This document shows positions 50,970 to 60,285 of a stretch of DNA of 64,000 nt, one piece after another (position 1 is the first letter of the stretch; each line of letters opens with the position of its first letter). Source of the stretch: a candidate division WOR-3 bacterium (GTDB lineage Bacteria > Hydrothermota > 32-111); NCBI GenBank assembly GCA_037481815.1, contig JBBFKX010000003.1:32001-96000 (forward strand). The letters run 5' to 3'. A program made the translations under genes and the position numbers. The notes under the pieces are model-generated. The model did no database searches. It had not been told where the DNA came from and was given only the letters and a program-made list of their open reading frames with translations.

Positions 50970-51259
50970 TCTTTCTCCTTAATTATTTTCGGTAGAATTA
51001 TGTAATTGTTCTTCACATTTTTTGAATTCATGAGCAAATCCTCTGTGGTGAATTCTTTCTCAGGTTCATCATGGTTGAAGAGAGTTAAATATTTTTTATA
51101 ATAATCTCCATCCGTAATGTCTTTAAGATTGACTTCTTTTAATATCCTTTCGATATCAAAAAAAATATTATTTATCTGATCAAGAAATTTTATTTTCTCC
51201 TCTTCTTCCAGTTCTATAAAAGAGTGTCTTGCGAGTTCTTCCAAAAGTTTTTTATCCAT
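50966..51259 (-). CDS. gatC: Asp/Glu-tRNA amidotransferase subunit C (divergent)
   Basis: 97 aa upstream of gatA; LAR-x-x-x-IEL and C-terminal LPKII. Confidence 0.75.
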   Translation of the reverse strand: MDKKLLEELARHSFIELEEEEKIKFLDQINNIFFDIERILKEVNLKDITDGDYYKKYLTLFNHDEPEKEFTTEDLLMNSKNVKNNYIILPKIIKEKE

Positions 51260-51260
51260 A

Positions 51261-53414
51261 TCACTTCCTTGTTAGATTCGCATATTCTGCAAATATTTTT
51301 TTTACCTCTCCATTTAAAAACTGAATTATGAGTATCTCATCTTCTCCTGAACCCTTTTTCCCCTTTATGATTCCCTCTCCAAAGATTGGATGGATCACTC
51401 TTTCGTTTATGTTAAATCTGCTTTTTTCTATTCTAATATTTTCCGTACTTTTTAAAATGTATTCCTTTTCAAATCTGCTACCAGAAGTTGTTCTATCGTA
51501 AAAGGAAATCAAATCGTTTTGAAATCCTATCTCTTTCAAAAATCTTGAAGGAAATCTCAGAGATGATTCACCATAATAGAATCTTTCTGTGGTATAAGTC
51601 AGATAGAGGTCCTTTTTTGCTCTTGTTAACGCAACATAAAGTAATCTTCTTTCCTCCTCACAGTTCAGATCATCCTCAAAAGAGTTTCTATGCGGAAAGA
51701 GTTCTTCTTCAAGTCCTGCGATAAAAACCGTTTCAAACTCAAGACCTTTTGCGTTATGAACAGTCATAAGTAAAACAGAATCATCATCTTTATACTCATC
51801 TATATCAGTATAAAGTGATATCATATCAAGATACGATGATACAGATTTATCCTCATTTTTCAAAACAAACTCTTTTGCAGAGTTCAGAAGTTCCTGGATG
51901 TTTTCGAGTCTTGAATATTTTTCGTTTTTATCCATCTTTTCAAAAACGGTTTCGAAATCGATAGAATCAACCAAAATTTCGAGAGCATTATATACATTAT
52001 CTTTACTTTTTTCAACTCTTTCGATAAGATCCAAAAATTCTTTTATATTATTTTTTGATTTTTTTGTTGTTGAGTTTTCCCGTTCAAAATCTTTTAAACT
52101 TTCCCATAAGGTTATATTTTTCATTTTTGAACTGTCAGTGATATGTTTTAAAGTAACATCACCAATTCCCCTTTTTGGAAAGTTAATGATCCTTTTTAAC
52201 GAGATCTCATCATTCTTGTTTACAGTAAAAGAAAGGTATGAAAGTAGATCTTTTATCTCCTTTCTTTCAAAAAATCTAATATTACCTATAAGTGTATACC
52301 TTATATTATTTTTTCTGAGTATCTCTTCAAATGGTCTCGATTGAGCATTGGTTCTATAAAGCACCGCAAAATCTTTAAATTTATTACCTGTTTTGTTTTT
52401 CATCTCCAAAATCTTATCAACGATAAAAATAGCTTCATCTCTTTCGTCTCTACATTTAACTATTTTAACCTTTTCCCCATCTTCAAAAGATGACCATAAA
52501 AACTTATCTTTTCTTTGAATATTGTTTTTTATAACCTTATTTGCAACATTTAATATATTTTTCGTGGAACGATAATTCTGTTCAAGTTTTATTATCTTTG
52601 TATCTGGAAAATATTTTTCAAATTCAAGAATGTTTTTTAATTCCGCTCCCCTGAAACCATAGATCGATTGATCATCGTCTCCAACAACGGTTATATGGTT
52701 ATTTCCATTGAATATATTTTTCAAAATCAAAAATTGTGCATAGTTAGTATCCTGATATTCGTCAACAAGTATGAATCTTATTCTTTCAGAAAATTTTCTC
52801 TTAAAATTCTCATTCTCTTTAAAAATGTTCAAGGTTTCAACAAGCAGATCATCAAAATCAAACGCATTATTTTTTCTTAATGTCTGCTGATATTCAGAAT
52901 ATATATCCTTCAATTTCACGATTTGCTCTTCATCTTCATCAAGATCATCGGGTAAGATCATCCTATTTTTAAAAGTTGATATCAACCTTTGAACACTTCT
53001 GGGATCTAAATTCCCTTCCTTTTTTTCCTTGAGGATATTTTTAATAACCATTTTTGAATCATCAACATCGTATATTGTAAAATCTGGATCCTTCATTCTT
53101 TCCCTTCTAAACATTTTTATGATTCTGACACACATCGAATGGAATGTTCCGATCATCATACTTCTAACCGGATATCCTAACAGTTTTTCCACCCGTTCTT
53201 TCATCTCATCAGCAGCTTTGTTGGTAAAGGTAACAGCAAAAATATTTTCTGGATACGATAAATTACTTTTAATGAGATAAAAAATTTTGTAAGTTAAAAC
53301 TCTGGTTTTCCCCGATCCTGCACCGGCAAGAATAAGTAAAGGAGAATCGAGGTATAAAACCGATTCTTTCTGTTTGTCATTTAAATCTTTTAAAATGGTG
53401 TTTTCAAGATCCAT
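51261..53414 (-). CDS. pcrA: ATP-dependent DNA helicase PcrA/UvrD
   Basis: AGAGSGKT, VDEYQD, GDDDQSIY, QNYRS, EEERRLLYVALTRA; ATG 53414 abuts the upstream stop. Confidence 0.95.
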   Translation of the reverse strand: MDLENTILKDLNDKQKESVLYLDSPLLILAGAGSGKTRVLTYKIFYLIKSNLSYPENIFAVTFTNKAADEMKERVEKLLGYPVRSMMIGTFHSMCVRIIKMFRRERMKDPDFTIYDVDDSKMVIKNILKEKKEGNLDPRSVQRLISTFKNRMILPDDLDEDEEQIVKLKDIYSEYQQTLRKNNAFDFDDLLVETLNIFKENENFKRKFSERIRFILVDEYQDTNYAQFLILKNIFNGNNHITVVGDDDQSIYGFRGAELKNILEFEKYFPDTKIIKLEQNYRSTKNILNVANKVIKNNIQRKDKFLWSSFEDGEKVKIVKCRDERDEAIFIVDKILEMKNKTGNKFKDFAVLYRTNAQSRPFEEILRKNNIRYTLIGNIRFFERKEIKDLLSYLSFTVNKNDEISLKRIINFPKRGIGDVTLKHITDSSKMKNITLWESLKDFERENSTTKKSKNNIKEFLDLIERVEKSKDNVYNALEILVDSIDFETVFEKMDKNEKYSRLENIQELLNSAKEFVLKNEDKSVSSYLDMISLYTDIDEYKDDDSVLLMTVHNAKGLEFETVFIAGLEEELFPHRNSFEDDLNCEEERRLLYVALTRAKKDLYLTYTTERFYYGESSLRFPSRFLKEIGFQNDLISFYDRTTSGSRFEKEYILKSTENIRIEKSRFNINERVIHPIFGEGIIKGKKGSGEDEILIIQFLNGEVKKIFAEYANLTRK

Positions 53415-53415
53415 A

Positions 53416-54381
53416 TTAAACCTTATAATATTCTTTAAACCATCTATAAAATCTTTCGATACCTTCTTCGATCCCGATCTTCGGCTCATAGTTTAAAATT
53501 CTTTTACTCTTTTCCATATCAGCGTATGTTTTTTTCATATCAAAACTTTTTCTCTTTTCTTCCACATATTTAAAATCTGGGATCAATCTTTTTATTATCC
53601 TTAAAACATCTTCAATTTTAACAGGTTTTGAAGCACCTATATTCAAAATGTCAAACCCCTTCAGATTTTCAACATAATCTATACTTCTTCTTATCATCTC
53701 AACACCATCATCAATATAGGTAAAATCCCTTTCTGTTTGTGAAAACACAACGGAAATTTTTCGAGCAAAATGGTTCAAAAAAAATTTATGTAACATAAGA
53801 TCGGGTCTCTGTGATGGGCCATAAAAGGTGAACAATCTTAAAACAAGAACATCCATACCAAAATTTTTTGAAAAGAATTTGGCGAGATTCTCTCCTTCAA
53901 CTTTGGTGAATCCATAAAACGAGATGGGAGAAGGGGAAAAACTCTCTTTAAAAGGTATTTTTCTGGTATTTCCATACACTGATGAAGAAGATATGAATAT
54001 CATCTTTTTGATGTTGAACTTTCTTGCACATTCAAAGATATTAAAACTACCAACGATATTGTTCTCAAAATAATCTTTCGTCTTAAGATTTGATTGATGG
54101 ACACCAGGAAGAGCAGCGAAATGAATTATCAGATCAATATCTTTTTCGTTAAAAAAAAATTCAAGATTTTTTTTATCCCTGATATCTATGTTGAAAACAT
54201 TTTTGTATTTTCTGTTTTTTTCAATCTTTTTAGATAGACACAGATTGTAAAGTTTCTGTTTTATATCATAAAAATCTGAAAAATTGTCAATTATCGCAAT
54301 ATTGAACCTGTTATGATCAAGTTTTTTATAGAGAGAACTCCCTATAAAACCTGCACCGCCAGTTATAAGAATATTTTTCAT
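53416..54381 (-). CDS. NAD-dependent epimerase/dehydratase (UDP-glucuronate 4-epimerase-like)
   Basis: TGGAGFIG, SSSSVYG, YGFTK, RPDL, RDFTYIDD. Confidence 0.85.
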   Translation of the reverse strand: MKNILITGGAGFIGSSLYKKLDHNRFNIAIIDNFSDFYDIKQKLYNLCLSKKIEKNRKYKNVFNIDIRDKKNLEFFFNEKDIDLIIHFAALPGVHQSNLKTKDYFENNIVGSFNIFECARKFNIKKMIFISSSSVYGNTRKIPFKESFSPSPISFYGFTKVEGENLAKFFSKNFGMDVLVLRLFTFYGPSQRPDLMLHKFFLNHFARKISVVFSQTERDFTYIDDGVEMIRRSIDYVENLKGFDILNIGASKPVKIEDVLRIIKRLIPDFKYVEEKRKSFDMKKTYADMEKSKRILNYEPKIGIEEGIERFYRWFKEYYKV

Positions 54382-54387
54382 ATTTTT

Positions 54388-54415
54388 ATGATAACAGAAT
54401 AAAAACCATTGTCAA
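54388..54415 (-). promoter_or_regulatory. Sigma70 promoter TTGACA-16-TATCAT (extended TG), leaderless
   Basis: -10 ends 6 nt before ATG 54381; no SD. Confidence 0.7.
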
Positions 54416-54427
54416 TCTTTGAAAAAT

Positions 54428-56479
54428 CTATTTAATGTACTGCAACTTGTACAGTTCATAATAATAGTTCCTTCTCGATATCAACTCTCTATGGTTGCCT
54501 TCTTCTACTATTCTTCCCTTATTCAAAACATAAATTTTATCCGCATCCTGAATCGTTGATAATCTATGGGCAATGGCAATTGTTGTTCTGTTTTTCATTA
54601 TTTTTGATATAGCATCCTGAATAAGATGTTCGGTTTCAGAATCTATGTTGGATGTTGCTTCGTCGAGTATCAAAATCTTTGGTTCTCCAACAAGCGCCCG
54701 TGCAAAAGCTATCAACTGTCTTTGTCCTGTTGACAGATTTGTTCCCCTTTCGTTCAAAATAGTATCATACTTTTTCGGTAATTTATCTATGAATGTATCC
54801 GCGTTAACATATTTTGAATATTTTTCCATCTTTTCAAGAGGAATGTTTCTTGAAAGCAAAATGTTATATTTTATATCGCCTGAGAAAATGACAACATCCT
54901 GTAATACCAGTCCAAAAAAATCTCTCAGTTCTTTAAGGGATATTTCTTTTATGTTAACTCCATCTATTAAAATTTCTCCCTCAGTTGGATCATAGAATCT
55001 AAGAAGAAGATTTATGATCGTCGTTTTTCCCGCTCCAGTTGCTCCAACAAAAGCAGCAGAACTGTTAGGTGTTATTTTAAATGAAACATTTCTTAAAACA
55101 GGTTCACCCTTTTTGTATTCAAACGATACATTTCTGAACTCAACTTCGCCTTTAAAGTCCTTTAAAACTTTTGGATTTTCTTTTTCAACTATTGATGATC
55201 TTTCATCAAGAAGTATAAATATTTTTTCTGATGCTGCCATCGCTCCCTGATATATGTTATATTTTTCTGAAAAATCAAAGATCGGTCTAAAGAAAAGTTC
55301 GATGTAGGAGAAAAATGCAAAAAGGATTCCTATAGTGTATTCTCCTCTAAATATACCCTGACTGCCAAAATATATAAGAATCGATAATGTCAAAAAGGAT
55401 ATAACGTCAATCAAAGGTCTGAAGATTGAAAAAACAAAAAGCTGGTTCATGTTAGCGTTATAGAACTCTTTTCCTATCCTGTTGAAATCATCAAAGGATT
55501 CTTTCTCTTTATGAAACGATTGTATCAATGAAACACCACTTATAGATTCGGAGATGAAAGCGTTCAATTTCGCAACAGCGACCCTCACTCTTCTATATGA
55601 TATCCTTGCAAATTTTTGAAAGAACAACAAAATCAGAAATACGAAAGGCAAAGTCAAAAGTATTATCATACTGAGTTTTACAGACATTCTAAGCATCATT
55701 ACTATGATTCCTATGATAGTTAAAATATCTTTTGCTGAATAAACAAACACATCCGTAAAAAGTTCCCTTAAAGCTGCAACATCGTTGGTTGCTCTCGTAA
55801 CCAGTTTTCCTATAGGATTTTTATTGAAAAAGTCGATCGAAAGATTAAGCATATGTTTTAGAATATCTTCTCTCATGTCATACATTATCTTTTCGGAAAC
55901 AACCGAAAGTATCAAAACTTGAACATAATTAAAAACAAAAAGCAATATCAGAACAAAAACATAGAGCAAAGCGAATTTTTTTACATTGAAGATATCTTCT
56001 TTTCTTATCTGATACAAAGTTTTTCTGTCAAGTTTTAAAATTTCCATCTCAGGAACGAAAATATTTTTTGCTCCTTCAAAATATTCTAACCCTTTTGCTT
56101 GAATTTCCTTTAAAAATCTTTTCTCAATCGGGAAATATTTTGTACCATCAACAAGAGAATCTTTTTCAAGAATTACAAGATCCGCTTTTGTAAGTAGTTT
56201 AGACGGTATAAGGAAAAATGAATCGATTTGTTCCACATAAGATATATTTTTTTTGAAAAGATGTTCAGTTTTTTCATTTAAAAAAATTTTTGAATAATTT
56301 TTTCTTATATAACCATCTATCGCCCTTCTTGAAATCTGTGGCAGAACCACCTGTAATCCACTTATGAATAAAAGTAGAATAAATGTGAAAACTATCTGCA
56401 AGAAATATTTTTTTGAGTAATCCCAGATACCTTTCAGAATCCTTTTGTCTGACAGTTTATAACTTCTTTCCTCTTCCAT
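54428..56479 (-). CDS. Heterodimeric ABC exporter subunit (TMD+NBD) with large extracytoplasmic insertion
   Basis: GATGAGKTT, LSTGQRQ, ILILDE, IAHR; ~110 aa loop after TM1. Confidence 0.92.
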   Translation of the reverse strand: MEEERSYKLSDKRILKGIWDYSKKYFLQIVFTFILLLFISGLQVVLPQISRRAIDGYIRKNYSKIFLNEKTEHLFKKNISYVEQIDSFFLIPSKLLTKADLVILEKDSLVDGTKYFPIEKRFLKEIQAKGLEYFEGAKNIFVPEMEILKLDRKTLYQIRKEDIFNVKKFALLYVFVLILLFVFNYVQVLILSVVSEKIMYDMREDILKHMLNLSIDFFNKNPIGKLVTRATNDVAALRELFTDVFVYSAKDILTIIGIIVMMLRMSVKLSMIILLTLPFVFLILLFFQKFARISYRRVRVAVAKLNAFISESISGVSLIQSFHKEKESFDDFNRIGKEFYNANMNQLFVFSIFRPLIDVISFLTLSILIYFGSQGIFRGEYTIGILFAFFSYIELFFRPIFDFSEKYNIYQGAMAASEKIFILLDERSSIVEKENPKVLKDFKGEVEFRNVSFEYKKGEPVLRNVSFKITPNSSAAFVGATGAGKTTIINLLLRFYDPTEGEILIDGVNIKEISLKELRDFFGLVLQDVVIFSGDIKYNILLSRNIPLEKMEKYSKYVNADTFIDKLPKKYDTILNERGTNLSTGQRQLIAFARALVGEPKILILDEATSNIDSETEHLIQDAISKIMKNRTTIAIAHRLSTIQDADKIYVLNKGRIVEEGNHRELISRRNYYYELYKLQYIK

Positions 56480-56486
56480 CGATTTC

Positions 56487-58208
56487 TCACTCTTCCAGTT
56501 TTTGTATTCTATAAAACTCCCTGTAGACGGGAGATTCGAGTATCAACTCATCATGCTTCCCTGAACTTTCAATCTTCCCATCTTTTAGAACGAATATCTT
56601 ATCAGCGTTTATAAAAGATGATATCCTGTGGGAGATAACTATTGTTGTTATGTTTTTAGAGTATGTGTAGAGATTTTTTAAAATCTCCTTCTCAGTATTT
56701 GTGTCAACAGCACTCAAAGCATCATCAAGTATTAAAATCCTTGGTTTCCTCACAAGAGCCCTTGCAATACATAATCTCTGTTTTTGACCACCCGAAAGTG
56801 TGACTCCCTTTTCTCCAACGAGAGTATCAAGCCCATCTTTAAAATCCTTAAGATCTTTATCGAAAGCGGAGATCTTTATCACTTCATCTATCAATCTATC
56901 ATCAGCATCCCTGTTGGCAAACTTTATGTTTTCCTTTATGGTCATCGAAAAGAGAAAAGAGTCCTGTGGAACATAACCGATACTATCCCTTATACTCTCT
57001 ATTCTTATGTCGTTCGCGTCGATTCCATCAAAAAATATTTTACCCTCTTTTTCTATGAGAATTCTTAAAATAAGCTTTATAAGAGTCGTTTTACCCGTTC
57101 CAATTTTACCAATTATCCCAATGTATTCTCCCTTGTTTATTTGAAGAGAAATTTTATCAAGAACATAGTTGTTTTCATCATAATAGAAAGAAACATCCCT
57201 AAACTCAATATTACCTTCAAGAAGGATGTCCTTTGCTTTCTCACGATTTTTGATCTTTGGTTCCTCTTTTAAAAATTCGTAAACCCTTTTGAAAGAAGCG
57301 TTGCCTCTTTGAAAAATATTCGACGCAAAACCAACCGCCATCATCGGCCATGTTATGATTCCGAGATAGACAAAAAATGCTATAAACTCTCCAGTTGAAA
57401 TCTCTCCGAGCATCGTCTGTTGTCCTCCAAAAAATAAAACTATCGCTGCTCCAAGGTCAGAAAAGAAGAAAATCAAGGGAAACATTATTCCCCATATTTT
57501 TATAAGAATAATATTTTTATCAACATAATCTTTACTTATAATGTTAAACCTTTCAACCTCTTCTTCCTGTTGGTTGAAAGATTGAACTATTTTGATCCCG
57601 GAAATCAGTTCCTGAACTTTATCAGTCATATTCGAAAAAGATTCCTGAACCTTTTTAAAGTATTTAAAATTCAACTTCATTGAAACGAGTGTAATTATAG
57701 AGACAAAAGGTAGAGGGAGAAGAGCAAGAAGTGTCAATTTTACATTCATCTTCAGCATAAACACAAGTGTTGCTAAAAACAGAAAAACAGAATCAAAAGC
57801 GGAAATAATACCAAACGCTGTTGACATCCTTATCGCCTGCATATCGTTTGTCATATGTGCCATGAGATCACCGGTTTTAACCCTATTGAAAAATGATGAG
57901 TCGAGTTTTAAAAGATGATCATACAACTTGTTTTTAAAATCATATTCTATGAAATGTGACATTCCAAGAATTATCATTCTCCATGAGAATCTTAAAATAC
58001 CTATACTTAAAGCAAGACCTCCTATAATAATTGTTAGAAAAACGATTTTATCAAAATAATCTTTTCCAAGAATTATATAATCTATAGCTTTCTGTGAAAC
58101 ACGTGGGATTATGAGTTGAACAATATCAACAAGAATTAGCATGATAAAACCAAAGATTATCTTAAACGGTGCTTTTCTATAATATGAGAGTATGAATTTT
58201 ATAAGCAT
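56487..58208 (-). CDS. Heterodimeric ABC exporter subunit (TMD+NBD), degenerate Walker B
   Basis: GKIGTGKTT, LSGGQKQR, ILILDD, ISHR. Confidence 0.92.
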   Translation of the reverse strand: MLIKFILSYYRKAPFKIIFGFIMLILVDIVQLIIPRVSQKAIDYIILGKDYFDKIVFLTIIIGGLALSIGILRFSWRMIILGMSHFIEYDFKNKLYDHLLKLDSSFFNRVKTGDLMAHMTNDMQAIRMSTAFGIISAFDSVFLFLATLVFMLKMNVKLTLLALLPLPFVSIITLVSMKLNFKYFKKVQESFSNMTDKVQELISGIKIVQSFNQQEEEVERFNIISKDYVDKNIILIKIWGIMFPLIFFFSDLGAAIVLFFGGQQTMLGEISTGEFIAFFVYLGIITWPMMAVGFASNIFQRGNASFKRVYEFLKEEPKIKNREKAKDILLEGNIEFRDVSFYYDENNYVLDKISLQINKGEYIGIIGKIGTGKTTLIKLILRILIEKEGKIFFDGIDANDIRIESIRDSIGYVPQDSFLFSMTIKENIKFANRDADDRLIDEVIKISAFDKDLKDFKDGLDTLVGEKGVTLSGGQKQRLCIARALVRKPRILILDDALSAVDTNTEKEILKNLYTYSKNITTIVISHRISSFINADKIFVLKDGKIESSGKHDELILESPVYREFYRIQKLEE

Positions 58209-58216
58209 AGAAAGAT

Positions 58217-58244
58217 ATATTAATCCAAAAAATCAGTTAGTCAA
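58217..58244 (-). promoter_or_regulatory. Putative promoter TTGACT-16-TAATAT
   Basis: -10 ends 8 nt before ATG 58208; no SD. Confidence 0.5.
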
Positions 58245-58253
58245 CATCAACGA

Positions 58254-59237
58254 TCAGGTGTTCCATAAATCTTTTATTTTCAAAAATGAGAACAAGCCAA
58301 GGAATGCAGGAATGTAGGTTGAAATCAACCTGAAAATAAAAATATACAGGAGTATGTTTTCTTTTCCAACGATCTGAGAGAAAAAGAGAGCCATTCCACC
58401 TTCAGCAACTCCGCTTGATCCAGGTGTTGGAACAAAAGCTGATAGATATGTCAATAAAAATTGTAGAGAGAACGCTTTAAAAAAATCCACTTTTACATTG
58501 AAAAGTTTTATAACAAAAAACGATAGAGCAAAATAAGAGTAAAGCGAAACAAAGGTTGAAACCAAAGAAAGAAAATTTTCTCTTATTCCTTGTGTAAAAA
58601 TGGTATTTAAACCATCGGTAAAGTTTGAAAAAAAGGTTATCGTTTTTATCAAAATTCTTTTTACACGATTCTCTTTCATTTTCTTTTCAACAAAATTCTT
58701 TATTCTTTTGTTAAATAGTATAGTCATCACAAGAATAAAAAACATTAAAGAATAAAATACAATAAAATATCTTATAAGGTTTTTGAAATATTCTGTATAA
58801 ATTACACTCTGAATATAGAACAGAATGAAAGGGATTGTCAATATCAGAACTATCAAAGATTGGACACCTCTTGTGATGATGACAGATGTTGCGTTACCTA
58901 AATTTATCCCTTTTTTAGAAAGAAGAAAAAGTTGAAAGGGAACTCCACCTGATTGAAATGGAGTTATCAAAGCGAGCAACACCCCTCCAAGAGTAAAAGT
59001 GTAACTATCAGAAAAACTAAAATTTTTGTTAAAAATTTTTCCTAAAAAAAAGATCCTTAAAATGTTAAAAAAGTTTGATAAAATAAAAAGTAAAAATATA
59101 AAAAAAAGGATCTTAAAATCAAAGTTAACCTTTAAATTTTTTGGGATATCTTTAACATAAAGAAAAAAGATCAAAACATAAGAAGTTAGAGTAAAAATAA
59201 AAAAAAGAAAAATTCCCGTTTTTACTCTACTTTTCAA
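58254..59237 (-). CDS. Flippase-like membrane protein (UPF0104/LPG_synthase_TM), paralogue 2
   Basis: ITPFQSGG, VPTPGSSGVAE, IFRLISTY. Confidence 0.85.
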   Translation of the reverse strand: MKSRVKTGIFLFFIFTLTSYVLIFFLYVKDIPKNLKVNFDFKILFFIFLLFILSNFFNILRIFFLGKIFNKNFSFSDSYTFTLGGVLLALITPFQSGGVPFQLFLLSKKGINLGNATSVIITRGVQSLIVLILTIPFILFYIQSVIYTEYFKNLIRYFIVFYSLMFFILVMTILFNKRIKNFVEKKMKENRVKRILIKTITFFSNFTDGLNTIFTQGIRENFLSLVSTFVSLYSYFALSFFVIKLFNVKVDFFKAFSLQFLLTYLSAFVPTPGSSGVAEGGMALFFSQIVGKENILLYIFIFRLISTYIPAFLGLFSFLKIKDLWNT

Positions 59238-60285
59238 AATTTTCCTCTTTTGGGGATTCTTTGATGATCTGTTCTAAACTCTTTCCGGTCTTTTGAACGA
59301 TTTTTAAGGTTAAAATTCCACCGAGAAAAGCTCCTATTGTAAAGGTGAAAAATCTCCAGATTATAGCGTAAACTCCAAGGATCTCTTTCGGGCATATATC
59401 TTTAAAAAGTATAGCAAAAACTGTTTCAGCGATTCCACTCGCTCCTGGAGTTGGCATAAAGTACACTAAAAAATTATGAAGGAACTGAAGATTTGCAACA
59501 GCTAACGGATGCTCTACTGCAACACCAAGACCCCAGAGTATCAGAACAGCAATCGAAAAGAAAACTATGTAAGAAAAAAAGGTTAAAAAAAGTAAAACAA
59601 GTAGAAGCGTTTTCCTTCTGTTGAAATAATGTTTTAAACCATCTTTGAAATAATCTATCTCTCTTTCTATAAAATTTGAAAACCTTTTTATCGGACTTTT
59701 TTCACTTTTCTTTTTGTTAAAAAATCTATCATCCAATTTTTCAAGAAAATTTAAAAACTTTTCAGGCAAAAAATAGATCAAAACAGAAACTATCAACATC
59801 AGAGGATAAAGTATCATAATGTATTTTATTATCCATTCAACTATACTGTTTTTTAAAAGATAAGAGTATGTTAAAAAAATAAATGGAAGCGCAAAAACGT
59901 GAAAAATTATCGCAAGAACACCTCTCATAAAGAGAATGAGTGTTCCCTCTCCATAAGGTATCCCGTTCTTTTTAAGATAGTAAACCTGAACAGGAAACCC
60001 TCCAGTTTGAAAAGGTGTGACGGCAGCAAGAAAGATTCCTGAAACAACAACCTCTATACCTGTAAAAACCGAGATTTCGTATCCAAGGCCTTTTGCAAGA
60101 TATTTTACCCTTACACCATCAAGATAGTAATAAAAAATCAAAGCAAGTAGAGTAAAAAGAAAATAGAGTGGTCTTATACTTTTCAAATATTTCCATGTTT
60201 CCTCTGATACTGTTAGAATAAGTATAAGTGTGCTTATGACAATCGTTATAAAAAGAAATATTTTAATACCTTTTTTTATGTTCAT
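59227..60285 (-). CDS. Flippase-like membrane protein (UPF0104/LPG_synthase_TM), paralogue 1
   Basis: VTPFQTGG, MPTPGASGIAE, IWRFFTF. Confidence 0.87.
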   Translation of the reverse strand: MNIKKGIKIFLFITIVISTLILILTVSEETWKYLKSIRPLYFLFTLLALIFYYYLDGVRVKYLAKGLGYEISVFTGIEVVVSGIFLAAVTPFQTGGFPVQVYYLKKNGIPYGEGTLILFMRGVLAIIFHVFALPFIFLTYSYLLKNSIVEWIIKYIMILYPLMLIVSVLIYFLPEKFLNFLEKLDDRFFNKKKSEKSPIKRFSNFIEREIDYFKDGLKHYFNRRKTLLLVLLFLTFFSYIVFFSIAVLILWGLGVAVEHPLAVANLQFLHNFLVYFMPTPGASGIAETVFAILFKDICPKEILGVYAIIWRFFTFTIGAFLGGILTLKIVQKTGKSLEQIIKESPKEENFEK

